A DNA stretch of 63,959 nucleotides, the filler included, from Nanobdellota archaeon (GTDB lineage: Archaea; Nanobdellota; Nanobdellia; Woesearchaeales; CAZZGN01), in the NCBI GenBank assembly GCA_051819665.1. It is 4 parts of 4 records of this genome, joined end to end, with 100 filler letters (N's around TTAATTAATTAA, not from the genome) between each part and the next. Parts side by side here need not be neighbours in the genome. Positions count along the whole stretch, not along the records: positions 1 to 17,758 come from JBNJDG010000020.1; 3 more parts are not named here. One strand, 5' to 3'. The first letter of the stretch is position 1. Each line of letters opens with the position of its first letter. The position numbers were made by a program, and so were the translations under genes. Below are positions 1-9,013 of this stretch, one piece after another. The notes under the pieces were generated by a model. The model had not been told where the DNA came from, searched no databases, and was given only the letters and a program-made list of their open reading frames with translations.

Positions 1-1182
1 AAGGACAAGATCGAATCAGGTGAGTTAAAAGACTCTGACGGAGATGATGTCCCTGACAGTATAGAACAGCAACTCAATCTTGATCCTAACAAGAAAGACT
101 CTGACGATGATGGTGTAAGCGATAAGAATGATCTCACAACCAAAGACTCAGAGTTTGAGATTTCAGGTGAGGAAGACAGCACATCAGAGATAACAGTAAC
201 AGATGATAAAATAAATTTCAAGAACGACAAAACCGAAGTAAAGCTAGGCAATCTCGTCGAGACAGACTCAAAAGAAGTCTCCTTCAAGCCGAAAGCTCCC
301 GGTTATGAAGTCAAAGCGAAAGAAGGGAAACATGATATAAATAAGATCCCTGAGTATACAGAGAAGGTAAAAGGAGATAATGTACGTTACAAGCTCAGCC
401 TTGACAACGGCCTCATCTATGCGGAATTCGACGGTTATTATGAATATCTCTACCATCAACAACCAAGTTATCATTTCTCCAGCTTCTATGATGAGGATTC
501 GATAGCAAGGAGATCAGAACAGGAAGAGTGGATAGACTTCTCTGATTCATACCTGGCAGACAAGACCTTCGCGCAGAGCTTCCGTATCAAGGGAGATTTG
601 AAACTGAACATTGATAAGCCGAATTACAGGACAGATGAAGAGCCTTACGTATCGATGATAGAACATGAATTAATCGTCAACGAACCGTTCACATTCAGAA
701 AAATCAATTTCAATATGCTTGTTGATTCAAAAGAATACAAGAACAGGATCTTCTCAGCGATAGAGAGGAAGGATGATAAGTTCTATGATGTAGTGCAGAT
801 GAACAACGGAAACATAAACATAACATTAGACAATAACAATGTAAGGGTAAAAAACATCACCTACAACCAAAGTTGTGGTGAAGGTAAGGCCCTGATAATA
901 AACCAGAACGAATTATACTTGGAAGAGAGATGTGAACCAAAATTAACAACTTACGCAGACATTACAGAGAATAACGGACCTTTCGCAATAAATGGATTTT
1001 ACAAGGCAAGGGGAGAACCAAAGTTAGAATTCAAAGAAAGGAAATTACTCCAGAGGGAACAGACATTAAGCGATTCGACGACAGAGATAGTTGCAAGGGA
1101 GAGCCCGGATTATGAGAAAGTGTCAAGGATAAGAAGGCTCTATATGGACTGGGTGGACAGGAGGGTGTGCTATAATGACTAA
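1..1182 (+). CDS. 5'-partial extracellular/surface protein with thrombospondin type-3-like Ca-binding repeats
   Basis: Frame 1 is open from base 1 to the stop at 1182, extending the 598..1182 ORF. The start reads KDSDGDDVPDSIE...DPNKKDSDDDGVSD (DxDxDG repeats). Confidence 0.7.
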   Translation, partial: KDKIESGELKDSDGDDVPDSIEQQLNLDPNKKDSDDDGVSDKNDLTTKDSEFEISGEEDSTSEITVTDDKINFKNDKTEVKLGNLVETDSKEVSFKPKAPGYEVKAKEGKHDINKIPEYTEKVKGDNVRYKLSLDNGLIYAEFDGYYEYLYHQQPSYHFSSFYDEDSIARRSEQEEWIDFSDSYLADKTFAQSFRIKGDLKLNIDKPNYRTDEEPYVSMIEHELIVNEPFTFRKINFNMLVDSKEYKNRIFSAIERKDDKFYDVVQMNNGNINITLDNNNVRVKNITYNQSCGEGKALIINQNELYLEERCEPKLTTYADITENNGPFAINGFYKARGEPKLEFKERKLLQREQTLSDSTTEIVARESPDYEKVSRIRRLYMDWVDRRVCYND

Positions 1183-1792
1183 GAGATCACAAGTGACGAT
1201 CTTCCTCGTACTCGTGGTCCTATTTGCTCTCATTCTTTTCACCGTTCTCGCATTGACAGGAAATGGTGAGGAAAGTTCGGTCGAGAATTTCAATGTCAGG
1301 GATTATATGAACAGGAGATATACTGATCTCGAGAAATGCATAATCCTCAAGTCAGGCAATATAACAGAGCTTAAGCCCATCGACCATTACAAGAAGAAGT
1401 TCGAGGATTATATAATGGAAGAATCACCGAGGGTATTCGATAATTTCCCCGATGAGATAGCTCTCGATTTTGAGAAGAAAGGCATCGCTGATGCTGATGT
1501 GATGTTCACGAGGGAGACCACGGATTTCAGGCTTCAGGCCAGCCACAGGTTCGAGAGGAAGAACGATGTGAAGATCATAAACGATTACAGGCAGAGTCAT
1601 GCTGTCAGTTTCCTGACGCTTCATGATCATGTGAAGAAGATAAAAGAAGAGGAGATGATACCTCTTGAGTATTTTGAAGAGAATCCAATCGACCAGAAGA
1701 TATACAAGGATGATGATATAAATTATGTCCTTACGGACGGCCAGTCAGAGATTGACTTCAGGAATTATACGATGTTCTATGTGAAGAAATAG
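1175..1792 (+). CDS. Pilin-like membrane/secreted protein with class III signal peptide
   Basis: N-terminus MTKRSQ followed by a ~20-residue hydrophobic stretch; overlaps the upstream gene by 8 nt. Confidence 0.6.
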   Translation: MTKRSQVTIFLVLVVLFALILFTVLALTGNGEESSVENFNVRDYMNRRYTDLEKCIILKSGNITELKPIDHYKKKFEDYIMEESPRVFDNFPDEIALDFEKKGIADADVMFTRETTDFRLQASHRFERKNDVKIINDYRQSHAVSFLTLHDHVKKIKEEEMIPLEYFEENPIDQKIYKDDDINYVLTDGQSEIDFRNYTMFYVKK

Positions 1793-1814
1793 GTGTACAT
1801 TCCGAAAATACACT

Positions 1815-1857
1815 ATTTTACCCACTACAAGAGAAAAATCCCGATGTAGTGGGTAAG
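1815..1857. repeat. 43-bp hairpin-forming direct repeat, copy 1 (downstream of Fic gene)
   Basis: ATTTTACCCACTACAAGAGAAAAATCCCGATGTAGTGGGTAAG. Perfect 12-bp inverted arms (1818-1829 / 1845-1856); 41/43 identical to 2888-2930. Confidence 0.9.
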
Positions 1858-1859
1858 AG

Positions 1860-2858
1860 CTAAAGGAAAATGCCCCAGTAGACTGAGATAAAATCATTGG
1901 CAGTAAAATCGATAAGTCTCTCATAATCTTCCTTTTTCATCTCGTCCAGTCTGGAATTATCAGCCTCTCTCAGGGAATCAAGATATTCTTTCCTGTACTT
2001 GTTCTTAATAATAATGGGGGGATAATTGTTTTTCAGGAGTATATGGTTCATCAGCATCCTGCCGGTCCTTCCATTGCCGTCCATGAATGGATGTATCTTC
2101 TCGAATTTATGGTGGAAACCTACTGCCAACACGAATGGGTGGAGCCTTTTCTTATTCTTCTTATACCAATCCAGGAGCATGTCCATGTCTGTCTTAACAT
2201 ATGGTGCAGGTGTGGATTTGAAGCGCGCTTTTAATACTTTTATATCTCTTGTCCTGTAACCGGTTCTTCTGTCGATCCCCGCCATCAGTTTTTTATGTAT
2301 GTCTTTGATATACCTATGGCTCATCTTCTTTCCCGATTCGAGTATGTTGAAGAATACCTCTTTCTGGTTCTGCAGGTCATACACTTCCCTCAGTGTCTTG
2401 TTTTTCGGAGTCTTACCTTCTTCAAAGAGATTTTTCGCCTCATCGAGCGTGATCGTGTTCCCTTCTATCGATGTAGAGTTAAAGGAGAACTCGATTATGA
2501 ATTTGTCCAATGTCTCTTTCTTCGTAAGCTCATCCTCCTTATCGAATACATTATTGAAATGGAGCCTGCATGCCTCTATCCCATCTTTCTTATCCAAAAG
2601 ATATGGGTCTTTCTTCAGCTTCTGCTCTTTTATCTTTTCATTATAATAATCCGACTCAAGAAACTTGTGTATGTTGCTGTATGATTTTCTTATCTGGTCC
2701 TTGTATTGGGGGAGATTATCCAGTTCTTTTTTCACTTTATCTATAGAATCGCCAAGATAGGCTATATCTTTTGAGATGACCCTTCTCCCTTTTCTTTCAG
2801 AGATCCTCAGGTAATAATATGCTTTATTTCCTACTGTTTTCTTATAGATATAGACCAT
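1860..2858 (-). CDS. Fic family protein (AMPylase)
   Basis: Canonical HPFMDGNGRTGR motif and NSTSIEGN motif. Confidence 0.92.
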   Translation of the reverse strand: MVYIYKKTVGNKAYYYLRISERKGRRVISKDIAYLGDSIDKVKKELDNLPQYKDQIRKSYSNIHKFLESDYYNEKIKEQKLKKDPYLLDKKDGIEACRLHFNNVFDKEDELTKKETLDKFIIEFSFNSTSIEGNTITLDEAKNLFEEGKTPKNKTLREVYDLQNQKEVFFNILESGKKMSHRYIKDIHKKLMAGIDRRTGYRTRDIKVLKARFKSTPAPYVKTDMDMLLDWYKKNKKRLHPFVLAVGFHHKFEKIHPFMDGNGRTGRMLMNHILLKNNYPPIIIKNKYRKEYLDSLREADNSRLDEMKKEDYERLIDFTANDFISVYWGIFL

Positions 2859-2887
2859 GGAGGTGTGTAAGATCTACGGTTTTATAA

Positions 2888-2930
2888 ATTTTACCCACTA
2901 CAAGAGAAAAATCCCGGTGTAGCGGGTAAG
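2888..2930. repeat. 43-bp hairpin-forming direct repeat, copy 2 (abuts TATA box of Fic gene)
   Basis: ATTTTACCCACTACAAGAGAAAAATCCCGGTGTAGCGGGTAAG; two mismatches versus copy 1. Confidence 0.9.
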
Positions 2931-2968
2931 GCAAAAGCTTTAAATCATAACAAATCCTTCTGGATAAG

Positions 2969-3670
2969 ATGGAGATCCTTCCGAAAATGTTCATCGTGGA
3001 TATAGGGCTTTACCTTAAGGAACATGATGCTTTAGTGATCACAGATCTCCAGCTCGGTTATGAAGGCCAGATGCTCTCGGCAGGAATCTTCGTCCCGAAG
3101 TTCCAGCTGAAGGACATGAAGGAACGCCTGAAGAAGATAATAAAGCTGGTAAAACCATCGAAGATAATCATAAACGGCGATTTCAAGCACGAGTTCGGCA
3201 GGATCTCAAGGGAAGAATGGAAGGAATCCCTGGACATGATAGATTTCCTCGAGAAGAATTCTGAAGAGCTGATACTTATAGAAGGGAATCATGATAATAT
3301 CTTCGAGCCTATTGCGAGGAAGAGGAAGCTCGAGATAAAAAAAGAGCTCCTCCTCGGCAGTATATTCCTTACACACGGTGATAAGGAAAAGCCTATACCT
3401 GAAGAGGCGAAGACTATCGTGATAGGCCATGAGCATCCGGCCCTGGCTCTGAGGAAGATGGAAAGGGTCGAGAAGTTCAAATGTTTCCTCAAGGGAAGAT
3501 ACAATAGATACGATCTTATCGTCCTCCCGTCCTTCAACCCTTCCACTACCGGCTCGGATATACTCTCGGAGAAGATAATGAGCCCGTATATAAAGGATCT
3601 GGACAACTTCCAGGTTTATGCGGTGGAGGACAAGATATATCCTTTCGGTAAGGTGAAGGATCTTCAGTAG
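2969..3670 (+). CDS. Metallophosphoesterase (ICC-like)
   Basis: Motifs DLQ, GD, GNHD, HG, GHEH. Confidence 0.85.
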   Translation: MEILPKMFIVDIGLYLKEHDALVITDLQLGYEGQMLSAGIFVPKFQLKDMKERLKKIIKLVKPSKIIINGDFKHEFGRISREEWKESLDMIDFLEKNSEELILIEGNHDNIFEPIARKRKLEIKKELLLGSIFLTHGDKEKPIPEEAKTIVIGHEHPALALRKMERVEKFKCFLKGRYNRYDLIVLPSFNPSTTGSDILSEKIMSPYIKDLDNFQVYAVEDKIYPFGKVKDLQ

Positions 3671-4200
3671 ATATTCTCGATAAGATCTGCCTTTGTGATT
3701 ATCCCCTTAGGCTTTCCTTTCTCCGCGATTATGACCAGCTGGAAATACCTTAGCAGACTGGATATCACATCCATCGATGTGTCTTTCGCTATTATCGGTG
3801 GGGCGTCTTTCATCACATCCCTGACAACCAAGCCTTCCTTGCCTTCGATGAACGAGTTGAGGATAGTGCTTTCAGAGATCACTCCAGTGATCATACCATC
3901 CTTAACCACAGGAACTTGTGAGATGTTATGCTTCTTCATGAGCTTTATCGCTTCACTTACCTTCTTACCTTCATCAACTGTTATGAGTTTCTTCCTCATC
4001 ATATCCTTTGCGGAGGGCATGTTCTTTTTTGAGAGCCTTTCGAAAGCCGAGAATATGCTCTCTACACTCGAGAATGAAGGATCTATGCTGCCTGCCTCTA
4101 TCTTCGCTATGAGCGACTGGGAGACAGAGGATTCTTTAGAGAGCCTGGACTGGGTTATGCCTAATCTTTTCCTTATCCTTTTAACATCCGATGGGTTCAT
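3664..4200 (-). CDS. XRE-type HTH + CBS-pair transcriptional regulator
   Basis: N-terminal RKRLGITQ..L...S.VSQSLIAKIE HTH followed by two CBS domains. Confidence 0.88.
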   Translation of the reverse strand: MNPSDVKRIRKRLGITQSRLSKESSVSQSLIAKIEAGSIDPSFSSVESIFSAFERLSKKNMPSAKDMMRKKLITVDEGKKVSEAIKLMKKHNISQVPVVKDGMITGVISESTILNSFIEGKEGLVVRDVMKDAPPIIAKDTSMDVISSLLRYFQLVIIAEKGKPKGIITKADLIENIY

Positions 4201-4245
4201 AATATTAATAATAGGAGGGGTTTATTTATTCTTTTCGGAATACCT

Positions 4246-5064
4246 TTACAGGCTCCTGTAATATTTCTGCATAAGAAGGGAGTCCTCTTCTATATTCGGG
4301 CTTTCACAGATCACATTCCCTTTGCAGTTGAATTCCTTCATAGTTCTAAGAAGTTCTTTGTAGTTCATATCGGATTCCTGAAGGATGAGGTGGTTCCTCT
4401 CGCCCTTCTCAGAATAATTTATTCCAGAGATATGCCCGTGTATGTTCTTGAGACCCTCCTTACCAAGATGTTTTTCCACTTCTGAGAATATATCCCTGAA
4501 TTCCTCGAGGGAGTTCATCTTTGATGTTCTGGCATGGAGATGGGAGAAATCAATACATGGCATTACGCCTTCTGTATCTTCAGAGATCCTGAGCAGCTCT
4601 TTAAGTGAGCCGAACTGGCTTCTCTTTCCCGTTGTCTCCGGTCTTAACATAACTTTGCAGCCTTCATCATCAAGTTTCTTCCTCAATTCTTTCAGCCTTT
4701 CCCTTACATTCTCATAGACTTTCTCCGGATCCTGTTTGAGATAAAATCCCGGATGGAAGACAACATTGTCCCCTCCGCAATCATCAAGCCTTCTTGCAGC
4801 ATCGCTTATCCTCTTTTTAGATGCACCGATCTTGTGATTCTCTTTAGCATTCAGGTTTATGTAATAAGAGCCGTGGGCAGATAGCTTTACATCGTTCTCC
4901 CTGGCAAGCCTCTTAACTTCTTTGGCTCTTTCCTGGGAGACATTCACGCTGTAGACGAACTCAAGCTCCATGCACTCAAGACCTAATCTGTTGACTTCCC
5001 TTATGCCGTTCTCTGTAGACGGCTTCCTGGTGTTTATGGGTATGCCTGCCGTTCCGAATCTCAT
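4246..5064 (-). CDS. nfo: Endonuclease IV (AP endonuclease family 2)
   Basis: HGSYYINL, FHPG, PETTGK, DFSH, HISG, HL, ESP motifs. Likely start MRFGTAG at 5064, ATGA-coupled to the upstream gene. Confidence 0.88.
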   Translation of the reverse strand: MRFGTAGIPINTRKPSTENGIREVNRLGLECMELEFVYSVNVSQERAKEVKRLARENDVKLSAHGSYYINLNAKENHKIGASKKRISDAARRLDDCGGDNVVFHPGFYLKQDPEKVYENVRERLKELRKKLDDEGCKVMLRPETTGKRSQFGSLKELLRISEDTEGVMPCIDFSHLHARTSKMNSLEEFRDIFSEVEKHLGKEGLKNIHGHISGINYSEKGERNHLILQESDMNYKELLRTMKEFNCKGNVICESPNIEEDSLLMQKYYRSL

Positions 5065-5681
5065 GGTCTCTCCTCTCCTGAAGCACCTAGCTTCTGTTTC
5101 ATCTCGGCTACCATCTGCGGAGGTCCGTAGACGAAGTAAGTGGAATTGGGTGATCTCTGTTTCACATAACCTGCTGTGATCCTGCCTTTCAGCCTGTCCC
5201 ACTCTTCCTCTGGTCTTGTCAGGGAAAGGAACAGCCTTACATTATCTTTCTTCTCAGCTTCAAGGAGCTCGTCATGGAAGATTATGTCCTCTTTATATCT
5301 CGAGATGTAGAAAAGATCGATCTTTATGTTAAGCTTTTTATCAAGAACATACTTTAGCATGCTCCTTGCAGGCGTTATACCTGTGCCGGCACAGACGAAA
5401 GTTATCCTCTGCCTCTCCCTGAAAGGGTTTCCTAACGGACCTTCAACCTCAATCTCCTGGCCTTCTTCAAGGTCAAATAATCTGGGTGTGAGTTCTCCGT
5501 CATCGTATCTCTTCACGGTGATCCTCGTCTCGTTCTCAGTCGGCGAGGAAGAGATCGAATAAGGTCTGCTTATACCATCTTTTGTAAGCAGGATATGCTG
5601 ACCTGGCTTGAATTCAGGGGGAATGTCGAGAGTGAAAGTCCTCACATCCCTTGCTTCCTCCTTGATATCCTTGACCCTCAT
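5061..5681 (-). CDS. FAD/NAD(P)-binding oxidoreductase (ferredoxin reductase-like)
   Basis: RPYSISS, GPLG, AGTGITP motifs; the usual CGP appears as YGP. Confidence 0.82.
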   Translation of the reverse strand: MRVKDIKEEARDVRTFTLDIPPEFKPGQHILLTKDGISRPYSISSSPTENETRITVKRYDDGELTPRLFDLEEGQEIEVEGPLGNPFRERQRITFVCAGTGITPARSMLKYVLDKKLNIKIDLFYISRYKEDIIFHDELLEAEKKDNVRLFLSLTRPEEEWDRLKGRITAGYVKQRSPNSTYFVYGPPQMVAEMKQKLGASGEERP

Positions 5682-6676
5682 ACTACCTTATCCATCTTCC
5701 CGTCCTGAAGGAAAGAGTTTATGTTTTTTGTGGTCGTGTCGATGATCCTTTTCTTGGCTTCCCTGCTGTTGAAACCATTGTGGGGAGTGAAGACGACATT
5801 CTCCCTCTTGAATATCATATGATCCCTCATCACTGTCTTGTAATTCTCCGGTTCTGAATCCTTATGGAGCAGCTCTTTCTCTTCTTTTATCAGCTCTTCC
5901 CCTTCTATGACGTCAAGGCCGGCTCCCCCTATCTTACCATTATCGAGGGCTTCCATCAGAGCGTTAGTATCAACCAGGCCTCCCCTGCTCGTGTTTATGA
6001 GGAGAGCGCCTTCCTTCATCTTATCTATGCTCTCTTTGTTTATCATATGATGCGTGTGGTCATTATGGGGCGCATGGACGCTTATTATATCTGACGAGCC
6101 GAGGACGGTGTCAAGGTCAGCATATTCAAAACCTAATACCTCAGAAAGGAACTCGTTATGGTGCATGTCGAATGCCAGCACATTCATCCCGAATCCTTTG
6201 GCCATCTTGATCACATGCATGCCTATATGCCCTGCTCCTATCACTCCGAGGGTCTTCCCTTTCAGGTCGAAGCCTTCAAGCCCTTCAATAGAGAAATCAT
6301 CGTTGATGGTCCTCATGTAGGATTTATGGACATTCCTGGCGAGGTTGAGGATCAGGGCGAAAGTATGCTCTGCCACAGTGTTCTCGCCGTAAGAAGGCAC
6401 GTTGGTTACAGTTATACCTCTCTTCTTGACTTCTTCCAGATCTATATGGTCGAAGCCAGTGGATCTAGTAGCTATTAGCTTGAGATTGGGTAGCTTGTCA
6501 AGCATCTCCTTTGTTATGTTGCAGTATATGAATACGGAGATAATGTCGTAATCACCGCAGTATTCCTCTTTGAAATTGTCCTCAAAGAAAATCAGCTCAT
6601 GGCCTTTGATATTCTCGGAGAAGTATTCCTTCTCCCAGTCTTTCACCCCGAAGAATGCGATCTTCACGGGAATCAC
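5678..6676 (-). CDS. D-isomer 2-hydroxyacid dehydrogenase (D-lactate dehydrogenase-like)
   Basis: RSTGFDHID, VAEH, GVIGAGHIG, INTSRG, LDV, TPH motifs. Confidence 0.88.
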   Translation of the reverse strand: MIPVKIAFFGVKDWEKEYFSENIKGHELIFFEDNFKEEYCGDYDIISVFIYCNITKEMLDKLPNLKLIATRSTGFDHIDLEEVKKRGITVTNVPSYGENTVAEHTFALILNLARNVHKSYMRTINDDFSIEGLEGFDLKGKTLGVIGAGHIGMHVIKMAKGFGMNVLAFDMHHNEFLSEVLGFEYADLDTVLGSSDIISVHAPHNDHTHHMINKESIDKMKEGALLINTSRGGLVDTNALMEALDNGKIGGAGLDVIEGEELIKEEKELLHKDSEPENYKTVMRDHMIFKRENVVFTPHNGFNSREAKKRIIDTTTKNINSFLQDGKMDKVV

Positions 6677-6679
6677 CTC

Positions 6680-6934
6680 TTATATTATTTTCTCGTCTGA
6701 CTCAAGATCCTTGATGTGGATTACATTCACGGGACAGCTTTCTGCGGCTTCCTTGTTCGGGGCGAGATCCTTCTCTTCGATCTCTTTTTCCTGGCTGCCA
6801 TCCTCCTTGTTCTTCGATTTTATAAGATTTGATTTGCCGTCACTGCTCATCTCCCAGAATTCTTCGTTTATGGAGGCACATGCTCCGCAGCCGATGCATC
6901 CGTTCCTGTCAAAGGAAATCTTGTATTTTGCCAT
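6680..6934 (-). CDS. Ferredoxin (single-cluster)
   Basis: CIGCGAC ... CPVNVI. Confidence 0.88.
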   Translation of the reverse strand: MAKYKISFDRNGCIGCGACASINEEFWEMSSDGKSNLIKSKNKEDGSQEKEIEEKDLAPNKEAAESCPVNVIHIKDLESDEKII

Positions 6935-6974
6935 GTTAATAAGTAACCAACTATATTATTTATATGTTTTCATT

Positions 6975-7265
6975 TTATTCCGTTAATGGGATCAATGCAC
7001 CGGAATTCCCGCAGTAGAAATAACTTCTTCCTTTTCTGCCCAGAAGTTTCCTGGCTCTCTTCAGTTGCTTTTTCGCCTTCGTGATGCGGCGCGAGCATTT
7101 GACTTCATACAGATCAAGCTCTTTGTCCTTCTCGGCCACTATATCTATCTCCCCTTCGCTTTTCCTTGAGATGCTGAAGGGAACATGAGTAGAAACGGTA
7201 TCGTAGTTGTAAGAGATCCTCTCCTTAAGCTCAGACACATAATCGTCGTGTTTTATGCTCGACAC
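6975..7265 (-). CDS. Small PD-(D/E)xK nuclease-fold protein
   Basis: GEIDIVA...YEVKC...KKQL motif pattern. Confidence 0.65.
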   Translation of the reverse strand: MSSIKHDDYVSELKERISYNYDTVSTHVPFSISRKSEGEIDIVAEKDKELDLYEVKCSRRITKAKKQLKRARKLLGRKGRSYFYCGNSGALIPLTE

Positions 7266-7322
7266 CTCTCAGGATGGTACTTTCTTATGCAGAGAGGTTT
7301 ATAAAATTTTGGTATATAGCAC

Positions 7323-7670
7323 TCAGAAGTTCTCATCCACCAACTTCTTAAGATTTTCCATCTCAAAAGGCTTTTCGAGGGAAAGCTCGCCTGTGACATT
7401 GCTCTTCTTCCTCGTCTTGCTGTCCGTGCTTGCAGTGAGGATGATTATAGGAGTCTTAGTGTTTTCTTTCCTGAATTCCTGGATGAATTCCCAGCCGTCC
7501 ATCTTGGGCATAAGGATGTCGAGGATTATGCCGTCCGGCTCCTCTTTCTTCGCAAGTTCCAGAGCTTTCTTTCCGTCTGTGGCTTCCTGGAATTCATAAG
7601 GCCCTTCCAGTCCTGCTGTTATCGAGAATCTGATGTCCGGGTTGTCGTCTACTACTAGTATCTTTTTCAT
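7323..7670 (-). CDS. Stand-alone response regulator receiver domain
   Basis: ILVVDD, LDILMPKMDG, LTA, KPF motifs. Confidence 0.92.
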   Translation of the reverse strand: MKKILVVDDNPDIRFSITAGLEGPYEFQEATDGKKALELAKKEEPDGIILDILMPKMDGWEFIQEFRKENTKTPIIILTASTDSKTRKKSNVTGELSLEKPFEMENLKKLVDENF

Positions 7671-7804
7671 ATCTTTTTCCTTTCCCTTCTCATATAAAAC
7701 CTTTTCGATTGTTAAGAGTTATTTTGGTTTTATTCTTATAGGAATATTTATACCAGCAAATTATTTAAATCATTATTTTAAAGGGGCTTTCAGGTGATAA
7801 CAGC

Positions 7805-8929
7805 ATGTCAGAATTCATATTTACAAGCGAGAGTGTAACAGAGGGACATCCGGATAAGGTGTGTGATCAGGTGAGTGATGCAATACTTGATAAGGTTCTT
7901 GAGAAAGATCCGGAGAGCAGGGTTGCTATCGAGACTATGGCAAAGACAGGTTTTCTCGTGGTTGCAGGTGAGCTGACCACGAATTCTTATGTGGACATCC
8001 AGGATATCACGAGACAGACTATAAAGGAAATTGGTTATGATAATGGTGTTGTGGGCTTCAACGGAGATAATTGCGGTGTCCTCACTTCCATATCAGAGCA
8101 GAGTAATGACATCGCGCAGGGTGTTGATGATGAAGAGCAGGGAGCAGGAGATCAGGGAATGATGTTCGGTTATGCTACAGATGAGACTGAGGATTATATG
8201 CCCCTTCCGATAAACCTTGCTCATAAGATCACGGAGAGGCTCTCTCAGGTGAGGAAGGAGAGGATACTTGATTATCTATTCCCTGACGGAAAGAGCCAGG
8301 TCTCAGTGAGGTATGTTGATGGTAAGCCACAGAAAGTAACTACAGTGGTTGTCTCATGCCATCATAAGGATTGTGTCACGCAGGAGAGGATCAGGGAGGA
8401 TATTATCGAGAAGGTCATCAAAGAAGCCTGTGGAGACTGGCTCTCTGATGATACGGAGTTCTATGTTAATCCGACGGGTAAGTTCGTAACAGGCGGTCCT
8501 GTGGCTGATGCCGGTCTTACGGGAAGGAAGATCATCGTTGACACTTACGGAGGCATGGGTCGTCATGGAGGCGGTGCATTTTCAGGTAAGGACCCGTCAA
8601 AGGTCGACAGGAGCGGTGCTTATGCTGCGAGGTACATAGCCAAGAATCTTGTTGCGGCAGGTCTTGCGTCTAAGTGTGAGGTCCAGCTGTCCTATGCTAT
8701 TGGTGTTGCAGAGCCGATATCGGTGATGGTCGATACGTTCGGGACAGGACAGATCTCTAATGAAGAGCTCGTCAAGAAGGTAAGGAAGGTCTTCCCGCTG
8801 AAGCCGGAGGGGATCATAGAACATTTCGGGCTCAAGAGGCCTATCTTCAGGGAGACCTCATCATACGGTCATTTCGGCAGGGTGAAGTTCCCGTGGGAGA
8901 AGGTCGATAAGGTTGATGAACTAAAATGA
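7805..8929 (+). CDS. metK: S-adenosylmethionine synthetase, bacterial/eukaryotic type
   Basis: [35 protein letters not shown]. Confidence 0.97.
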   Translation: MSEFIFTSESVTEGHPDKVCDQVSDAILDKVLEKDPESRVAIETMAKTGFLVVAGELTTNSYVDIQDITRQTIKEIGYDNGVVGFNGDNCGVLTSISEQSNDIAQGVDDEEQGAGDQGMMFGYATDETEDYMPLPINLAHKITERLSQVRKERILDYLFPDGKSQVSVRYVDGKPQKVTTVVVSCHHKDCVTQERIREDIIEKVIKEACGDWLSDDTEFYVNPTGKFVTGGPVADAGLTGRKIIVDTYGGMGRHGGGAFSGKDPSKVDRSGAYAARYIAKNLVAAGLASKCEVQLSYAIGVAEPISVMVDTFGTGQISNEELVKKVRKVFPLKPEGIIEHFGLKRPIFRETSSYGHFGRVKFPWEKVDKVDELK

Positions 8930-9013
8930 TTATTTTTTACAATATATTTATTTATTCCTGTTAAGTGGTATTTATTGGAAAAATATATAAAGGAGCTTAT
9001 TTGAAGCTATATT

